The position numbers and the translations under genes were made by a program. The notes below the pieces were generated by a model that was not told where the DNA came from, did no database searches, and was given only the letters and a program-made list of their open reading frames with translations. Source: Escherichia phage AV122. From it: DNA of 64,000 nucleotides. The stretch is taken from the sequence record OR352952.1; one strand, written 5' to 3'. Below, piece by piece: positions 22,576 to 33,780 of this stretch (within the stretch, counting starts at the first letter, position 1; each line of letters starts with the position of its first letter).

Positions 22576-25500
22576 ATGGCCGAGATTAAAAGAAAGTTCA
22601 GAGCAGAAGACGGTCTGGACGCAGGTGGTGATAAAATAATCAACGTAGCTTTAGCTGATCGTACCGTAGGAACTGACGGTGTTAACGTTGATTACTTAAT
22701 TCAAGAAAACACAGTTCAACAATACGATCCAACTCGTGGATATTTAAAAGATTTTGTAATCATTTATGATAACCGCTTTTGGGCTGCTATAAATGATATT
22801 CCAAAACCGGCAGGAGCTTTTAATAGCGGACGCTGGAGAGCATTACGTACCGATGCTAACTGGATTACGGTTTCATCTGGTTCATATCAATTAAAATCTG
22901 GTGAAGCTATTTCAGTTAACACCGCAGCTGGTAATGATATTACATTTACTTTACCATCTACCCCAATTGATGGTGATACTATCGTTCTCCAAGATATTGG
23001 AGGAAAACCTGGAGTTAACCAAGTTTTAATTGTAGCTCCAGTGCAAAGTATTGTAAACTTTAGAGGTGAACAGGTACGTTCAGTACTAATGACTCATCCA
23101 AAGTCACAGCTAGTTTTAATTTTTAGTAATCGTCTGTGGCAAATGTATGTTGCTGATTATAGTAGAGAAGCTATAGTTGTAACACCAGCGAATACTTATC
23201 AAGCGCAATCCAACGATTTTATCGTGCGTAGATTTACTTCTGCCGCACCGATAAATATTAAACTTCCAAGATTTGCTAATCATGGAGATATTATTAATTT
23301 CGTCGATTTAGATAAACTAAATCCACTTTATCATACAATTGTTACTACATACGATGAAACGACTTCAGTACAAGAAGTTGGAACTCATTCCATTGAAGGC
23401 CGTACATCGATTGACGGTTTCTTGATGTTTGATGATAATGAGAAATTGTGGAGACTGTTTGACGGGGATAGTAAAGCGCGTTTACGTATCATAACGACTA
23501 ATTCAAACATTCGTCCAAATGAAGAAGTTATGGTATTTGGTGCGAATAACGGAACAACTCAGACAATTGAGCTTCAGCTTCCGACTGATATTTCTGTTGG
23601 TGATACTGTTAAAATTTCCATGAATTACATGAGAAAAGGACAAACAGTTAAAATCAAAGCTGCCGGTGAAGATAAAATTGCTTCTTCAGTTCAATTGCTG
23701 CAATTCCCAAAACGCTCAGAATATCCACCTGAAGCTGAATGGGTTACAGTTCAAGAATTAGTTTTTAACGGTGAAACTAATTATGTTCCAGTTTTACAAC
23801 TTGCTTATATAGAAGATTCTGATGGAAAATACTGGGTTGTACAGCAAAACGTTCCAACTGTAGAAAGAGTTGATTCTTTAAATGATTCTACTAGAGCAAG
23901 ATTAGGCGTAATTGCTTTAGCTACACAAGCTCAAGCTAATGTCGATTTAGAAAATTCTCCACAAAAAGAATTAGCAATTACTCCAGAAACATTAGCTAAT
24001 CGTACTGCTACTGAAACTCGTAGAGGTATCGCAAGAATAGCAACTACTGCTCAAGTAAATCAGAACACCACATTCTCTTTTGCAGATGACCTTATCATTA
24101 CTCCTAAAAAGCTGAATGAAAGAACTGCTACAGAAACTCGTAGAGGTGTTGCTGAAATTGCTACGCAGCAAGAAACTAATACAGGTACTGATGATACTAC
24201 AATCATCACTCCTAAAAAGCTTCAAGCTCGCCAAGGTTCTGAATCATTATCTGGTATTGTAACTTTTGTATCTACTGCAGGTGCTACTCCAGCTTCTAGC
24301 CGTGAATTAAATGGTACGAATGTTTATAATAAAAACACTAATAATTTAGTTGTTTCACCTAAAGCTTTGGATCAGTATAAAGCTACTCCAACGCAGCAAG
24401 GTGCAGTAATTTTAGCAGTTGAAAGTGAAGTAATTGCTGGACAAAGTCAGGAAGGATGGGCAAATGCTGTTGTAACGCCAGAAACGTTACATAAAAAGAC
24501 ATCAACCGATGGAAGAATTGGTTTAATTGAAATTGCTACGCAAAGTGAAGTTAATACAGGAACTGATTATACTCGTGCAGTCACTCCTAAAACTTTAAAT
24601 GACCGTAGAGCAACTGAAAGTTTAAGTGGTATAGCTGAAATTGCTACACAAGTTGAATTCGACGCAGGCGTCGACGATACTCGTATCTCTACACCATTAA
24701 AAATTAAAACCAGATTTAATAGTACTGATCGTACTTCTGTTGTTGCTCTATCTGGATTAGTTGAATCAGGAACTCTCTGGGACCATTATACCCTTAATAT
24801 TCTTGAAGCAAATGAGACGCAACGTGGTACACTTCGTGTAGCTACACAGGTTGAAGCTGCTGCAGGAACATTAGATAATGTTTTAATAACTCCTAAAAAG
24901 CTTTTAGGTACTAAATCTACCGAATCGCAAGAAGGTGTTATTAAAGTTGCAACTCAGTCTGAAACTGTGACTGGAACGTCAGCAAATACTGCTGTATCTC
25001 CAAAAAATTTAAAATGGATTGTGCAGAGTGAATCTACTTGGGCAGCTACTACTGCAATAAGAGGTTTTGTTAAAACTTCATCTGGTTCAATTACATTCGT
25101 TGGTAATGATACAGTCGGTTCTACTCAAGATTTAGAACTGTATGAGAAAAATAGCTATGCGGTATCACCATATGAATTAAACCGTGTATTAGCAAATTAT
25201 TTACCGTTAAAAGCAAAAGCTGCTGATACAAATTTATTGGATGGTCTAGATTCATCTCAGTTCATTCGTAGGGATATTGCACAGACGGTTAATGGTTCAC
25301 TAACCTTAACCCAACAAACGAATCTGAGTGCCCCTCTTGTATCATCTAGTACTGCTACGTTTGGTGGTTCAGTTTCGGCAAATAGTACATTAACTATTTC
25401 TAATACTGGAACTGCAACTCGTCTGATTTTTGAGAAAGGACCTCAAACTGGAACTAACCCAGCACAGACGATGACTATTAGAGTTTGGGGAAATCAGTTT

Positions 25501-26445
25501 GGCGGCGGTTCAGATACAACACGTTCTACTGTATTTGAAGTTGGTGATGAAACGTCTAATCACTTTTATTCTCAACGTAATAAAGCTGGGAATATAACGT
25601 TTAGTATCAATGGTACTGTAATGCCAATAAACATTAATGCTTCCGGTTTGATGAATGTTAATGGCGTTGCAACATTTGGTCGTTCAGTCACAGCCAATGG
25701 TGAATTCATTAGCAAGTCTGCAAATGCTTTCAGAGCAATTAGCGGTGATTACGGATTCTTTATTCGTAATGATGCTGCTAATACCTATTTTATGCTTACT
25801 GCATCCGGTGATCAGACTGGCGGATTTAATGGATTACGTCCTTTAGCTATTAATAATGCATCTGGCCAAGTAACGATTGGTGAAAGCTTAATCATTGCCA
25901 AAGGTGCTACTATAAATTCAGGTGGTTTAACTGTTAACTCGAGAATTCGTTCTCAGGGTACTAAAGCATCTGATTTATATACCCGTGCTCCAACATCTGA
26001 TACTGTAGGATTCTGGTCAATTGATATTAACGATTCAGCCACTTATAACCAGTTCCCGGGTTATTTTAAAATGGTTGAAAAAACTAATGAAGTGACTGGA
26101 CTTCCGTACTTAGAACGTGGCGAAGAAGTTAAATCTCCTGGTACACTGACACAGTTTGGTAACACACTTGATTCGCTTTACCAAGATTGGATTACTTATC
26201 CAACGACACCAGAAGCGCGTACCACTCGCTGGACACGTACATGGCAGAAAACCAAAAACTCTTGGTCAAGTTTTGTTCAGGTATTTGATGGAGGTAACCC
26301 TCCTCAGCCGTCTGATATCGGTGCTTTGCCATCTGATAATGCTACAATGGGGAATCTTACTATTCGTGATTTCTTACGAATTGGTAATGTTCGCATTATT
26401 CCTGACCCAGTGAATAAATCTGTTAAATTTGAATGGATTGAATAA
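22576..26445 (+). CDS. 34: long tail fibre proximal subunit gp34
   Basis: 1289 aa; TATAAATA late promoter 22534-22541; repeated beta-rich fibre sequence. Confidence 0.95.
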   Translation: MAEIKRKFRAEDGLDAGGDKIINVALADRTVGTDGVNVDYLIQENTVQQYDPTRGYLKDFVIIYDNRFWAAINDIPKPAGAFNSGRWRALRTDANWITVSSGSYQLKSGEAISVNTAAGNDITFTLPSTPIDGDTIVLQDIGGKPGVNQVLIVAPVQSIVNFRGEQVRSVLMTHPKSQLVLIFSNRLWQMYVADYSREAIVVTPANTYQAQSNDFIVRRFTSAAPINIKLPRFANHGDIINFVDLDKLNPLYHTIVTTYDETTSVQEVGTHSIEGRTSIDGFLMFDDNEKLWRLFDGDSKARLRIITTNSNIRPNEEVMVFGANNGTTQTIELQLPTDISVGDTVKISMNYMRKGQTVKIKAAGEDKIASSVQLLQFPKRSEYPPEAEWVTVQELVFNGETNYVPVLQLAYIEDSDGKYWVVQQNVPTVERVDSLNDSTRARLGVIALATQAQANVDLENSPQKELAITPETLANRTATETRRGIARIATTAQVNQNTTFSFADDLIITPKKLNERTATETRRGVAEIATQQETNTGTDDTTIITPKKLQARQGSESLSGIVTFVSTAGATPASSRELNGTNVYNKNTNNLVVSPKALDQYKATPTQQGAVILAVESEVIAGQSQEGWANAVVTPETLHKKTSTDGRIGLIEIATQSEVNTGTDYTRAVTPKTLNDRRATESLSGIAEIATQVEFDAGVDDTRISTPLKIKTRFNSTDRTSVVALSGLVESGTLWDHYTLNILEANETQRGTLRVATQVEAAAGTLDNVLITPKKLLGTKSTESQEGVIKVATQSETVTGTSANTAVSPKNLKWIVQSESTWAATTAIRGFVKTSSGSITFVGNDTVGSTQDLELYEKNSYAVSPYELNRVLANYLPLKAKAADTNLLDGLDSSQFIRRDIAQTVNGSLTLTQQTNLSAPLVSSSTATFGGSVSANSTLTISNTGTATRLIFEKGPQTGTNPAQTMTIRVWGNQFGGGSDTTRSTVFEVGDETSNHFYSQRNKAGNITFSINGTVMPININASGLMNVNGVATFGRSVTANGEFISKSANAFRAISGDYGFFIRNDAANTYFMLTASGDQTGGFNGLRPLAINNASGQVTIGESLIIAKGATINSGGLTVNSRIRSQGTKASDLYTRAPTSDTVGFWSIDINDSATYNQFPGYFKMVEKTNEVTGLPYLERGEEVKSPGTLTQFGNTLDSLYQDWITYPTTPEARTTRWTRTWQKTKNSWSSFVQVFDGGNPPQPSDIGALPSDNATMGNLTIRDFLRIGNVRIIPDPVNKSVKFEWIE

Positions 26446-26453
26446 GAGGTATT

Positions 26454-27569
26454 ATGGAAAAATTTATGGCAGAGTTTGGACAAGGATATGTCCAAACGCC
26501 ATTTTTATCGGAAAGTAATTCAGTAAGATATAAAATAAGTATAGCGGGTTCTTGCCCGCTTTCTACTGCAGGACCATACGTTAAATTTCAAGATAATCCT
26601 GTTGGAAGTCAAACATTTAGCGCAGGTCTTCATCTAAGAGTTTTTGACCCTTCCACCGGAGCATTAGTTGATAGTAAGTCATATGCTTTTTCTACTTCAA
26701 ATGATACTACATCAGCTGCTTTTGTTAGTTTCATGAATTCTTTGACGAATAATCGAATTGTCGCTATATTAACTAGTGGAAAGGTTAATTTTCCTCCTGA
26801 AGTAGTATCTTGGCTAAGAACTGCAGGAACGTCTGCTTTTCCATCTGATTCTATATTGTCAAGATTCGACGTATCATATGCTGCTTTTTATACTTCTTCT
26901 AAAAGAGCTATCGCATTAGAGCATGTTAAATTAAGTAATAGAAAAAGCACAGATGATTATCAAACTATTTTAGATGTTGTATTTGACAGTTTAGAGGACG
27001 TTGGAGCCACAGGATTTCCTAAAAGAACATACGAAAGCGTTGAGCAATTTATGTCGGCGGTTGGAGGAACTAATAACGAAATTGCACGTCTACCAACTTC
27101 AGCTGCTATAAGTAAACTCTCTGATTATAATTTAATTCCTGGTGACGTTCTTTATCTTAAAGCCCAGTTATATGCCGATGCTGATTTACTTGCGCTTGGA
27201 ACTACAAATATATCTATCCGTTTTTATAATGCATCTAATGGATATATTTCCTCGACACAAGCTGAGTTTACTGGACAGGCTGGGTCTTGGGAATTAAAGG
27301 AAGACTATGTAGTTGTTCCAGAAAATGCAGTTGGATTTACGATATATGCACAAAGAACTGCTCAAGCTGGACAAGGCGGTATGCGAAATTTAAGCTTTTC
27401 TGAAGTATCAAGAAACGGCGGCATTTCAAAACCTGCTGAATTTGGTGTCAATGGTATTCGTGTTAATTATATCTGTGAATCTGCTTCACCTCCGGATATA
27501 ATGGTACTTCCTACGCAAGCATCGTCTAAAACTGGTAAAGTGTTTGGGCAAGAATTTAGAGAAGTATAA
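26454..27569 (+). CDS. 35: long tail fibre hinge protein gp35
   Basis: 371 aa; operon position after 34. Confidence 0.9.
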   Translation: MEKFMAEFGQGYVQTPFLSESNSVRYKISIAGSCPLSTAGPYVKFQDNPVGSQTFSAGLHLRVFDPSTGALVDSKSYAFSTSNDTTSAAFVSFMNSLTNNRIVAILTSGKVNFPPEVVSWLRTAGTSAFPSDSILSRFDVSYAAFYTSSKRAIALEHVKLSNRKSTDDYQTILDVVFDSLEDVGATGFPKRTYESVEQFMSAVGGTNNEIARLPTSAAISKLSDYNLIPGDVLYLKAQLYADADLLALGTTNISIRFYNASNGYISSTQAEFTGQAGSWELKEDYVVVPENAVGFTIYAQRTAQAGQGGMRNLSFSEVSRNGGISKPAEFGVNGIRVNYICESASPPDIMVLPTQASSKTGKVFGQEFREV

Positions 27570-27574
27570 ATTGA

Positions 27575-27598
27575 GGGAGCCTTCGGGTTCCCTTTTTC
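27575..27598 (+). terminator. rho-independent terminator after gene 35
   Basis: Hairpin GGGAGCC-UUCG-GGUUCCC then UUUUU. Confidence 0.6.
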
Positions 27599-27600
27599 TT

Positions 27601-27608
27601 TATAAATA
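27601..27608 (+). promoter_or_regulatory. late promoter box for gene 36
   Basis: TATAAATA 24 nt upstream of ATG. Confidence 0.65.
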
Positions 27609-27631
27609 CTATTAAAATAAAGGGGCATACA

Positions 27632-28297
27632 ATGGCTGATTTAAAAGTAGGTTCAACAACCGGAGGCTCTGTCATTTGGCATCAAGGAAATTTTCCATTG
27701 AATCCAGCCGGTGACGATGTACTCTATAAATCATTTAAAATATATTCAGAATATAATAAACCACAGGCAGCTGATAACGATTTCGTTTCTAAAGCTAATG
27801 GTGGTACTTATGCATCAAAGGTAACATTTAACGGCGGCGTCCAAGTCCCGTATGCTGTAAACAACACAAACCCATGCGGTATTTATCCAGGTAACGGTGA
27901 TAATGCTACTTTTGCTGTAGCAAATATTGATATTGTTTCGTGGAATGGTATTGGTTTTAAATCATCGCAAGGTTCAGCAGCCCGAACTGTTGTAATTAAT
28001 GCACGTAATGGTGATATTAATACAAAAGGTGTTGTGTCTGCGGCAGGTCAAGTAAGAAGTGATGCAGCTGCTCCTATAGCAGCGAACGACCTTACTAGAA
28101 AGGACTATGTTGATGGAGCAATAAATACTGTTACAGCAAATGCGAACTCTAGAGTGTTGCGTTCTGGCGACACTATGATAGGTAATTTAACCGCGCCAAA
28201 CTTTTTCTCACAGAATCCTGCGTCTCAACCTTCACATGTTCCACGATTTGACCAAATCGTAATTAAGGATTCTGTTCAAGATTTCGGCTATTATTAA
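27632..28297 (+). CDS. 36: long tail fibre distal connector gp36
   Basis: 221 aa; own late promoter 27601-27608. Confidence 0.9.
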   Translation: MADLKVGSTTGGSVIWHQGNFPLNPAGDDVLYKSFKIYSEYNKPQAADNDFVSKANGGTYASKVTFNGGVQVPYAVNNTNPCGIYPGNGDNATFAVANIDIVSWNGIGFKSSQGSAARTVVINARNGDINTKGVVSAAGQVRSDAAAPIAANDLTRKDYVDGAINTVTANANSRVLRSGDTMIGNLTAPNFFSQNPASQPSHVPRFDQIVIKDSVQDFGYY

Positions 28298-28305
28298 GAG
28301 GACTT

Positions 28306-31300
28306 ATGGCTACTTTAAAACAAATACAATTTAAAAGAAGCAAAACTGCAGGTCAACGTCCTGCTGCTTCAGTATTAGCCGAAGGTGAATTGGCTATAAA
28401 CTTAAAAGACCGTACTCTTTTTACTAAAGATGACTCGGGAAATATTATTGATTTAAGCATTACCGCTGGCGGTAATATTAGTGGAAATATCACTCAAACT
28501 GGCGATTATACACAGACTGGAAAATTTAATTTAATTGGTCCGCAAATTGTAGCAAGCGGTGGATATATTGAGTTTAATTATCGTACTACTGGAAGTGGGG
28601 CTTGGTCCGGTCAACACACTGCAAAAGCTCCAATTTTTGTAGATTTAAGCTCAGCTACTTCCACATCTGAATATAATCCTATAATTAAACAGCGCTTTAA
28701 AGATGGTACTTTTTCATTAGGTACTTTAGTTTCTGAAGGTTCGTTGAAGATTCATTATATCAATGAATCTGGCGATTCGAAATATTGGACGTTTCGACGT
28801 GACGGCGGATTTACTGTTGACGGTGGAGGTTTAGCAGTATCAGGAGGTAGTATAACTACAACCGGAAATATTGCAGCTCTCGGAAATATTACTTCGCCTC
28901 AGATTAATACTAAAAATATTATTTTAGATACAAAAGCATTTGGACAATACGACAGTCAGTCTTTAGTTAATTACGTATACCCGGGCACCGGTGAAGAAAA
29001 TGGTATAAACTATCTTCGTAAAGTTCGGTCTAAATCAGGTGGAACTATTTACCATGAAATTTGTACAGCTCAGACTGGGCTAGCTGATGAAGTTTCTTGG
29101 TGGACTGGTAATACACCGTTATTTAAACTATACGGTATTCGTAACGACGGTAGAATGATTATTCGCAATAGCTTGGCCATCGGGACCGTGACTGAAGGAT
29201 ACCCGTCAAGCGATTATGGAAATACCGGGGTAATGGGAGATAGGTATTTAGCTATTGGCGATAATGCTTCTGGACTTAAATGGGTTCGTACTGGCGTTTA
29301 TGACCTGATGGCTAATGGTATTTCATCTGCTACCATTTTGAACAACGGTATTAACAGCACCAAGAAATTGATGGTTGGTTATAGTCGAGATTCCGGTTCT
29401 ACTTGGGATTTTCCAAATAACAACCAGGCAATGTTTACTGCGCGTACCGATGTTGATGGTAATAATAACGGTGATGGGCAAACTCATATCGGTTATAACA
29501 GTAATTCTAAAATGTATCACTATTTCCGTGGTGCAGGTCGTATGTCCGTTAGTATGGGCGATGGACTTCTTGTTGAGCCGGGTATTTTAGACATTAAAAC
29601 TGGGTCTAATAGAGTTGCTATTAGAGCAGATGGTACATTTGACTCAACCCAACGTATTTCTATGCGTACGGGCTTGTTTTTAAATGGTGATGATAATACT
29701 AATGCTTTATCGTTTAAAGCTCCTACCGGTGTTGACGGAACCAAAACCATTAACTGGGATGCAGGCACTCGTAACGGACAGAATAAAAATACTGTTTCAA
29801 TTAAAGCATGGGGTAATGCCTTTAACTCAGTTCCCGGTATTAGAGAAACTGTATTTGAAGTATATGATTCACAAGGTTATTATTTTTATTCACAACGCCA
29901 GCGCCCAGAAGGTTCTGAAACTGTTGGGCCCGTTGTAACCCAGTTCAATGGACCAGTTAATGCTAACGGCTCTATTAGCACTGCAGGAAATCTTAAAGTT
30001 GATGGTTTAAGCACTTTAAACGGTAATGTTACAATGAAGAACGGCTTGTTTGTCCAAGGTGGTTCTTCTATTACTGGGCAAGTTAAAATCGGCGGAACAA
30101 CAAATGCATTAAGAATTTGGAATGCCGAATATGGCGCTATTTTCCGTCGTTCAGAAAGTAACTTTTATATTATTCCAACCAATAAAAATGAAGGCGAAAG
30201 TGGAGACATTCACAGCTCTTTAAGACCTGTGAGAATAGGATTAAACGATGGCATGGTTGGGTTAGGAAGAGATTCTTTTATAGTAGATCAAAATAATGCT
30301 TTAACTACTATAAACAGTAACTCTCGCATTAATGCCAACTTTAGAATGCAATTAGGACAAAATGCTTATATAGATATTGAGGCTTCTGATGGAGTTCGCC
30401 CAACAGGTTGTGGTTCCTTTGCATCTCAGAATGACGTAAACGTCAGAGCTCCAATTTATATGAATATAGAGCGTACTGCTACTTCTGAATACATTCCTAT
30501 TGTTAAACAACGGTATGTAAAGGGTGATAGTACTTATTCTATTGGTACCTTGATTTCTCAGGGAGACTTCCGCGTCCATTATCACCAGGGAACTAGCACC
30601 AATGGCGTAGATTTGAGTTGGGAATTCCGTCGCACAGGCGATTTCCGCGCGCCAGGTAAAATTATTGCCGGTGCTGCTACTCTTGGCACGGATGGTAATA
30701 TTACTGGCGGTTCTGGTAACTTTGCTAACTTGAACACAACTATCGAATCATTAAAAACCGATATTGTTTCAAGTTACCCAATCGGTGCTCCTATTCCATG
30801 GCCAACGGATACTCCTCCTGACGGTTACGCTATTATGGAAGGCCAGACCTTTGATAAGTCTGCATACCCAAAATTGGCTATGGCTTACCCATCTGGCGTA
30901 ATTCCAGATATGCGCGGGCAAACTATCAAGGGTAAACCAAGTGGTCGTGATGTATTAAGTGCAGAAGCTGATGGTATTAAGGCTCATAGCCATAGTGCAT
31001 CGGCTTCAAGTACTGACTTAGGTACTAAAACCACGTCAAGTTTTGATTATGGTACTAAAACATCTTCAAGTTTTGATTATGGTACGAAGAACACTAATAG
31101 TACTGGTGGTCATACTCACTCTGTAAGTGGTACAACAAGTGCTGCTGGTGAGCATGCTCACCACTTAGGTCTGTTATTAGTTAACGGTGGTGATGCTTTG
31201 TACGGGTATACAACCGTTGGTAACAGCCTCCCTAGAACACTTGACTGGCTTGACAGAAGAGACAATAAATTCCCCAACACTAACACAACTGGTAACCATA

Positions 31301-31509
31301 CACATACATGGTCTGGCACTACAAGCAATGCTGGTGCTCATACACATACTGTAGGTATTGGTGCTCATACACATACTGTAGGTATTGGTGCTCATACTCA
31401 CTCGGTAGCAATTGGTTCGCATGGTCATACTATCACTGTAAATAGTACAGGTAATACAGAAAACACGGTTAAAAACATTGCTTTTAACTATATCGTTCGT
31501 TTAGCATAA
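28306..31509 (+). CDS. 37: long tail fibre distal subunit gp37 (receptor-binding tip)
   Basis: 1067 aa; C-terminal His-rich GxHxH repeats; tandem coding repeats. Confidence 0.92.
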   Translation: MATLKQIQFKRSKTAGQRPAASVLAEGELAINLKDRTLFTKDDSGNIIDLSITAGGNISGNITQTGDYTQTGKFNLIGPQIVASGGYIEFNYRTTGSGAWSGQHTAKAPIFVDLSSATSTSEYNPIIKQRFKDGTFSLGTLVSEGSLKIHYINESGDSKYWTFRRDGGFTVDGGGLAVSGGSITTTGNIAALGNITSPQINTKNIILDTKAFGQYDSQSLVNYVYPGTGEENGINYLRKVRSKSGGTIYHEICTAQTGLADEVSWWTGNTPLFKLYGIRNDGRMIIRNSLAIGTVTEGYPSSDYGNTGVMGDRYLAIGDNASGLKWVRTGVYDLMANGISSATILNNGINSTKKLMVGYSRDSGSTWDFPNNNQAMFTARTDVDGNNNGDGQTHIGYNSNSKMYHYFRGAGRMSVSMGDGLLVEPGILDIKTGSNRVAIRADGTFDSTQRISMRTGLFLNGDDNTNALSFKAPTGVDGTKTINWDAGTRNGQNKNTVSIKAWGNAFNSVPGIRETVFEVYDSQGYYFYSQRQRPEGSETVGPVVTQFNGPVNANGSISTAGNLKVDGLSTLNGNVTMKNGLFVQGGSSITGQVKIGGTTNALRIWNAEYGAIFRRSESNFYIIPTNKNEGESGDIHSSLRPVRIGLNDGMVGLGRDSFIVDQNNALTTINSNSRINANFRMQLGQNAYIDIEASDGVRPTGCGSFASQNDVNVRAPIYMNIERTATSEYIPIVKQRYVKGDSTYSIGTLISQGDFRVHYHQGTSTNGVDLSWEFRRTGDFRAPGKIIAGAATLGTDGNITGGSGNFANLNTTIESLKTDIVSSYPIGAPIPWPTDTPPDGYAIMEGQTFDKSAYPKLAMAYPSGVIPDMRGQTIKGKPSGRDVLSAEADGIKAHSHSASASSTDLGTKTTSSFDYGTKTSSSFDYGTKNTNSTGGHTHSVSGTTSAAGEHAHHLGLLLVNGGDALYGYTTVGNSLPRTLDWLDRRDNKFPNTNTTGNHTHTWSGTTSNAGAHTHTVGIGAHTHTVGIGAHTHSVAIGSHGHTITVNSTGNTENTVKNIAFNYIVRLA
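31021..31090 (+). repeat. tandem 30-nt coding repeat in gene 37
   Basis: GGTACTAAAA..AGTTTTGATTAT repeated 2.3 times, encoding GTKT[TS]SSFDY. Confidence 0.8.
31333..31440 (+). repeat. tandem 27-nt coding repeat in gene 37 (His-rich)
   Basis: GGTGCTCATACACATACTGTAGGTATT x2 exact plus two diverged copies, encoding GAHTHTVGI. Confidence 0.8.
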
Positions 31510-31539
31510 GGAGAGGGGCTTTGGCCCCTTCTAAATATG
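31508..31539 (+). promoter_or_regulatory. gene 38 translation initiation region with hairpin between SD and AUG
   Basis: AAGGAG at 31508-31513, stem-loop GGGGC-UUUG-GCCCC at 31515-31528, AUG at 31537. Confidence 0.5.
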
Positions 31540-32088
31540 AAAATATATCATTATTATTTTGACACTAAAGAATTTTACAAAGAAGAAAATTACAAACCGG
31601 TTAAAGGCCTCGGTCTTCCTGCTCATTCAACAATTAAAAAACCTTTAGAACCTAAAGAAGGATATGCAGTTGTATTTGATGAACGTACTCAGGATTGGAT
31701 TTATGAAGAAGACCATCGCGGAAAACGAGCATGGACTTTTAATAAAGAAGAAATTTTTATAAGTGAAATTGGAAGCCCGGTTGGTATAACTTTTGATGAG
31801 CCTGGCGAATTTGATATATGGACTGATGACGGTTGGAAAGAAGACGAAACATATAAGCGAGTTTTAATTCGTAATAGAAAAATTGAAGAATTATATAAAG
31901 AGTTCCAAGTTTTAAATAATATGATTGAAGCTTCTGTCGCCAATAAAAAGGAAAAATTTTATTATAAAAACCTTAAGCGGTTCTTTGCTCTTTTAGAAAA
32001 ACATGAGCATTTAGGTGGTGAATTCCCTGCATGGCCTGAAAAAGAACAGAAGCCTTGGTATAAGCGTTTATTCAAGCATTACGTATAA
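31537..32088 (+). CDS. 38: tail fibre assembly chaperone gp38
   Basis: 183 aa, MKIYHYYFDTKEFYKEENYKP recognised as T4-type gp38. Confidence 0.9.
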   Translation: MKIYHYYFDTKEFYKEENYKPVKGLGLPAHSTIKKPLEPKEGYAVVFDERTQDWIYEEDHRGKRAWTFNKEEIFISEIGSPVGITFDEPGEFDIWTDDGWKEDETYKRVLIRNRKIEELYKEFQVLNNMIEASVANKKEKFYYKNLKRFFALLEKHEHLGGEFPAWPEKEQKPWYKRLFKHYV

Positions 32089-32091
32089 ATA
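32084..32091 (+). promoter_or_regulatory. late promoter box for holin t
   Basis: TATAAATA inside 3' end of gene 38, 18 nt upstream of t ATG. Confidence 0.65.
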
Positions 32092-32108
32092 TCTTAAAAG
32101 GAGGGTCT

Positions 32109-32765
32109 ATGGCAGCACCTAGAATATCATTTTCGCCCTCTGATATTCTATTTGGTGTTCTAGATCGCTTGTTCAAAGATAACGCTACCGGGAAAGTTCT
32201 TGCTTCCCGGGTAGCTGTCGTAATTCTTTTATTTATGATGGCGATTGTTTGGTATAGGGGAGATAGTTTCTTTGAGTACTATAAGCAATCAAAGTATGAA
32301 ACATACAGTGAAATTATTGAAAAGGAAAGAAATGCACGCTTTGAATCTGTCGCCCTGGAACAACTCCAGATAGTTCATATATCATCTGAGGCAGACTTTA
32401 GTGCGGTGTATTCTTTCCGCCCTAAAAACTTAAACTATTTTGTTGATATTATAGCATACGAAGGAAGATTACCTTCAACAATAACTGAAAAATCACTTGG
32501 AGGATATCCTGTTGATAAAACTATGGATGAATATATAGTTCATTTAAATGGACGTCATTATTATTCTGACTCAAAATTTGCTTTTTTACCAACTAAAAAG
32601 CCTACTCCCGAAATAAACTACATGTACAGTTGTCCATATTTTAATTTGGATAATATCTATGCTGGAACGATAACCATGTACTGGTATAGAAATGATCATA
32701 TAAGTAATGACCGCCTTGAATCAATATGCGCTCAGGCGGCCAGAATATTAGGAAGGGCTAAATAA
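32109..32765 (+). CDS. t: holin T
   Basis: 218 aa; single N-terminal TM segment, large periplasmic domain; late promoter 32084-32091. Confidence 0.92.
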   Translation: MAAPRISFSPSDILFGVLDRLFKDNATGKVLASRVAVVILLFMMAIVWYRGDSFFEYYKQSKYETYSEIIEKERNARFESVALEQLQIVHISSEADFSAVYSFRPKNLNYFVDIIAYEGRLPSTITEKSLGGYPVDKTMDEYIVHLNGRHYYSDSKFAFLPTKKPTPEINYMYSCPYFNLDNIYAGTITMYWYRNDHISNDRLESICAQAARILGRAK

Positions 32766-33038
32766 TTATTTGTTCGTATACATCTCTAGATATCGATATA
32801 CACCCTCAAAACCCTCGTTGAATTCGTCGATGAGGGTTTTCTTATCTTCTTGAGTTAATTCAGAAACAATTTTACGGAATGAATTCTGATTTAATTTTCT
32901 ACCTTCATGCGTTACTCCAATCTCATTCAGAAATGCAATAAAATTAGCACGATTTTCAACAATATCTTCTCTGGAAAATTTAATCAAAATAGACGCAACA
33001 GTAATAATTTCACGAACTGTATCAATGTTTTTATTCAT
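32766..33038 (-). CDS. asiA: anti-sigma70 factor AsiA
   Basis: 90 aa; MNKNIDTVREIITVASILIKFSREDIVENRANFIAFLNEIG recognised; early promoter 33070-33099. Confidence 0.93.
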   Translation of the reverse strand: MNKNIDTVREIITVASILIKFSREDIVENRANFIAFLNEIGVTHEGRKLNQNSFRKIVSELTQEDKKTLIDEFNEGFEGVYRYLEMYTNK

Positions 33039-33050
33039 TAACTATACCAC

Positions 33051-33203
33051 TCAATTAGTTGACTTTGTTATAATATCATCAGACGCTTGATTTGTAAACT
33101 GGTCTGTGTTATTTTCTTCAAAAATTTTTTCTACGAATTCCTTGAACGACTTACGTTCCTGAGCTACATTATGCTCGATTACCTTTTCAAGATTATGACT
33201 CAT
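33051..33203 (-). CDS. small ORF between arn and asiA
   Basis: 50-aa ORF found by manual translation, ATGA overlap with arn stop; contains asiA promoter. Confidence 0.3.
   Translation of the reverse strand: MSHNLEKVIEHNVAQERKSFKEFVEKIFEENNTDQFTNQASDDIITKSTN
33070..33099 (-). promoter_or_regulatory. early promoter upstream of asiA
   Basis: GTTTACA, 17 nt, TATTAT. Confidence 0.55.
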
Positions 33204-33478
33204 TCGAAATAATCTTCAATTTCATAATCATGGACATAAATCATTATAGTTTTTAATACATCATCAATACTTTTTCCTGGAGCTGGAATTACGTAAAAAT
33301 ACCCTGCTTTTGAGAGGTCTTTATAAGTTCCAATCAAGAAATCATTATTCTCAAGATGTAGTTCTTCAACTAATTCATTAACAATTGAATGGTATAGGTT
33401 TGGTAGAAACTTATATAGCTTTTCTAGAATATCAATTTTGATTGTGTATTGAACCACAGACTGAGAATCAATAATCAT
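33200..33478 (-). CDS. arn: Arn anti-restriction protein (by size and position)
   Basis: 92 aa, acidic; first ORF upstream of asiA as in T4. Confidence 0.65.
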   Translation of the reverse strand: MIIDSQSVVQYTIKIDILEKLYKFLPNLYHSIVNELVEELHLENNDFLIGTYKDLSKAGYFYVIPAPGKSIDDVLKTIMIYVHDYEIEDYFE

Positions 33479-33561
33479 AGACCTTCCCCTTATGTTTCTG
33501 TTTGCGATTAGATTCTTTAAACGCTTTCTTCTTATCCTTATGAACAGAAGCTTTATTAAAA

Positions 33562-33780
33562 TTATGTTTTGCGACTAAATTGTTCATAGTGCTGAATTAC
33601 CTCTCTCAAACATTTGCATGTGAATGAAAACTTTTTAGCTACACCACATTCAAATATATGTTCTCTTAAATCACGTGTATCGGTATATCCCATCTCAACG
33701 ATAAAATGCCGTATTAGATTTTTATCTTTATCATTGAGAGAATTAAAATAATCGGATTTTGAATTAATTTCCCTGGCCAA
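33562..33780 (-). CDS. hypothetical protein (arn.x cluster)
   Basis: 72-aa ORF with several Cys. Confidence 0.5.
   Translation of the reverse strand: MAREINSKSDYFNSLNDKDKNLIRHFIVEMGYTDTRDLREHIFECGVAKKFSFTCKCLREVIQHYEQFSRKT

Noticed and set aside
23992-24234. Minus-strand ORFs inside tail fibre genes 34 and 37 (23992-24234, 29323-29520, 29520-29768, 30352-30585, 31177-31428)
   Set aside because: Embedded antisense in long, confidently identified late genes; no promoter or SD.
31021-31440. Possible CRISPR-like array
   Set aside because: The repeats are in-frame tandem coding repeats inside gp37 with no unique spacers.
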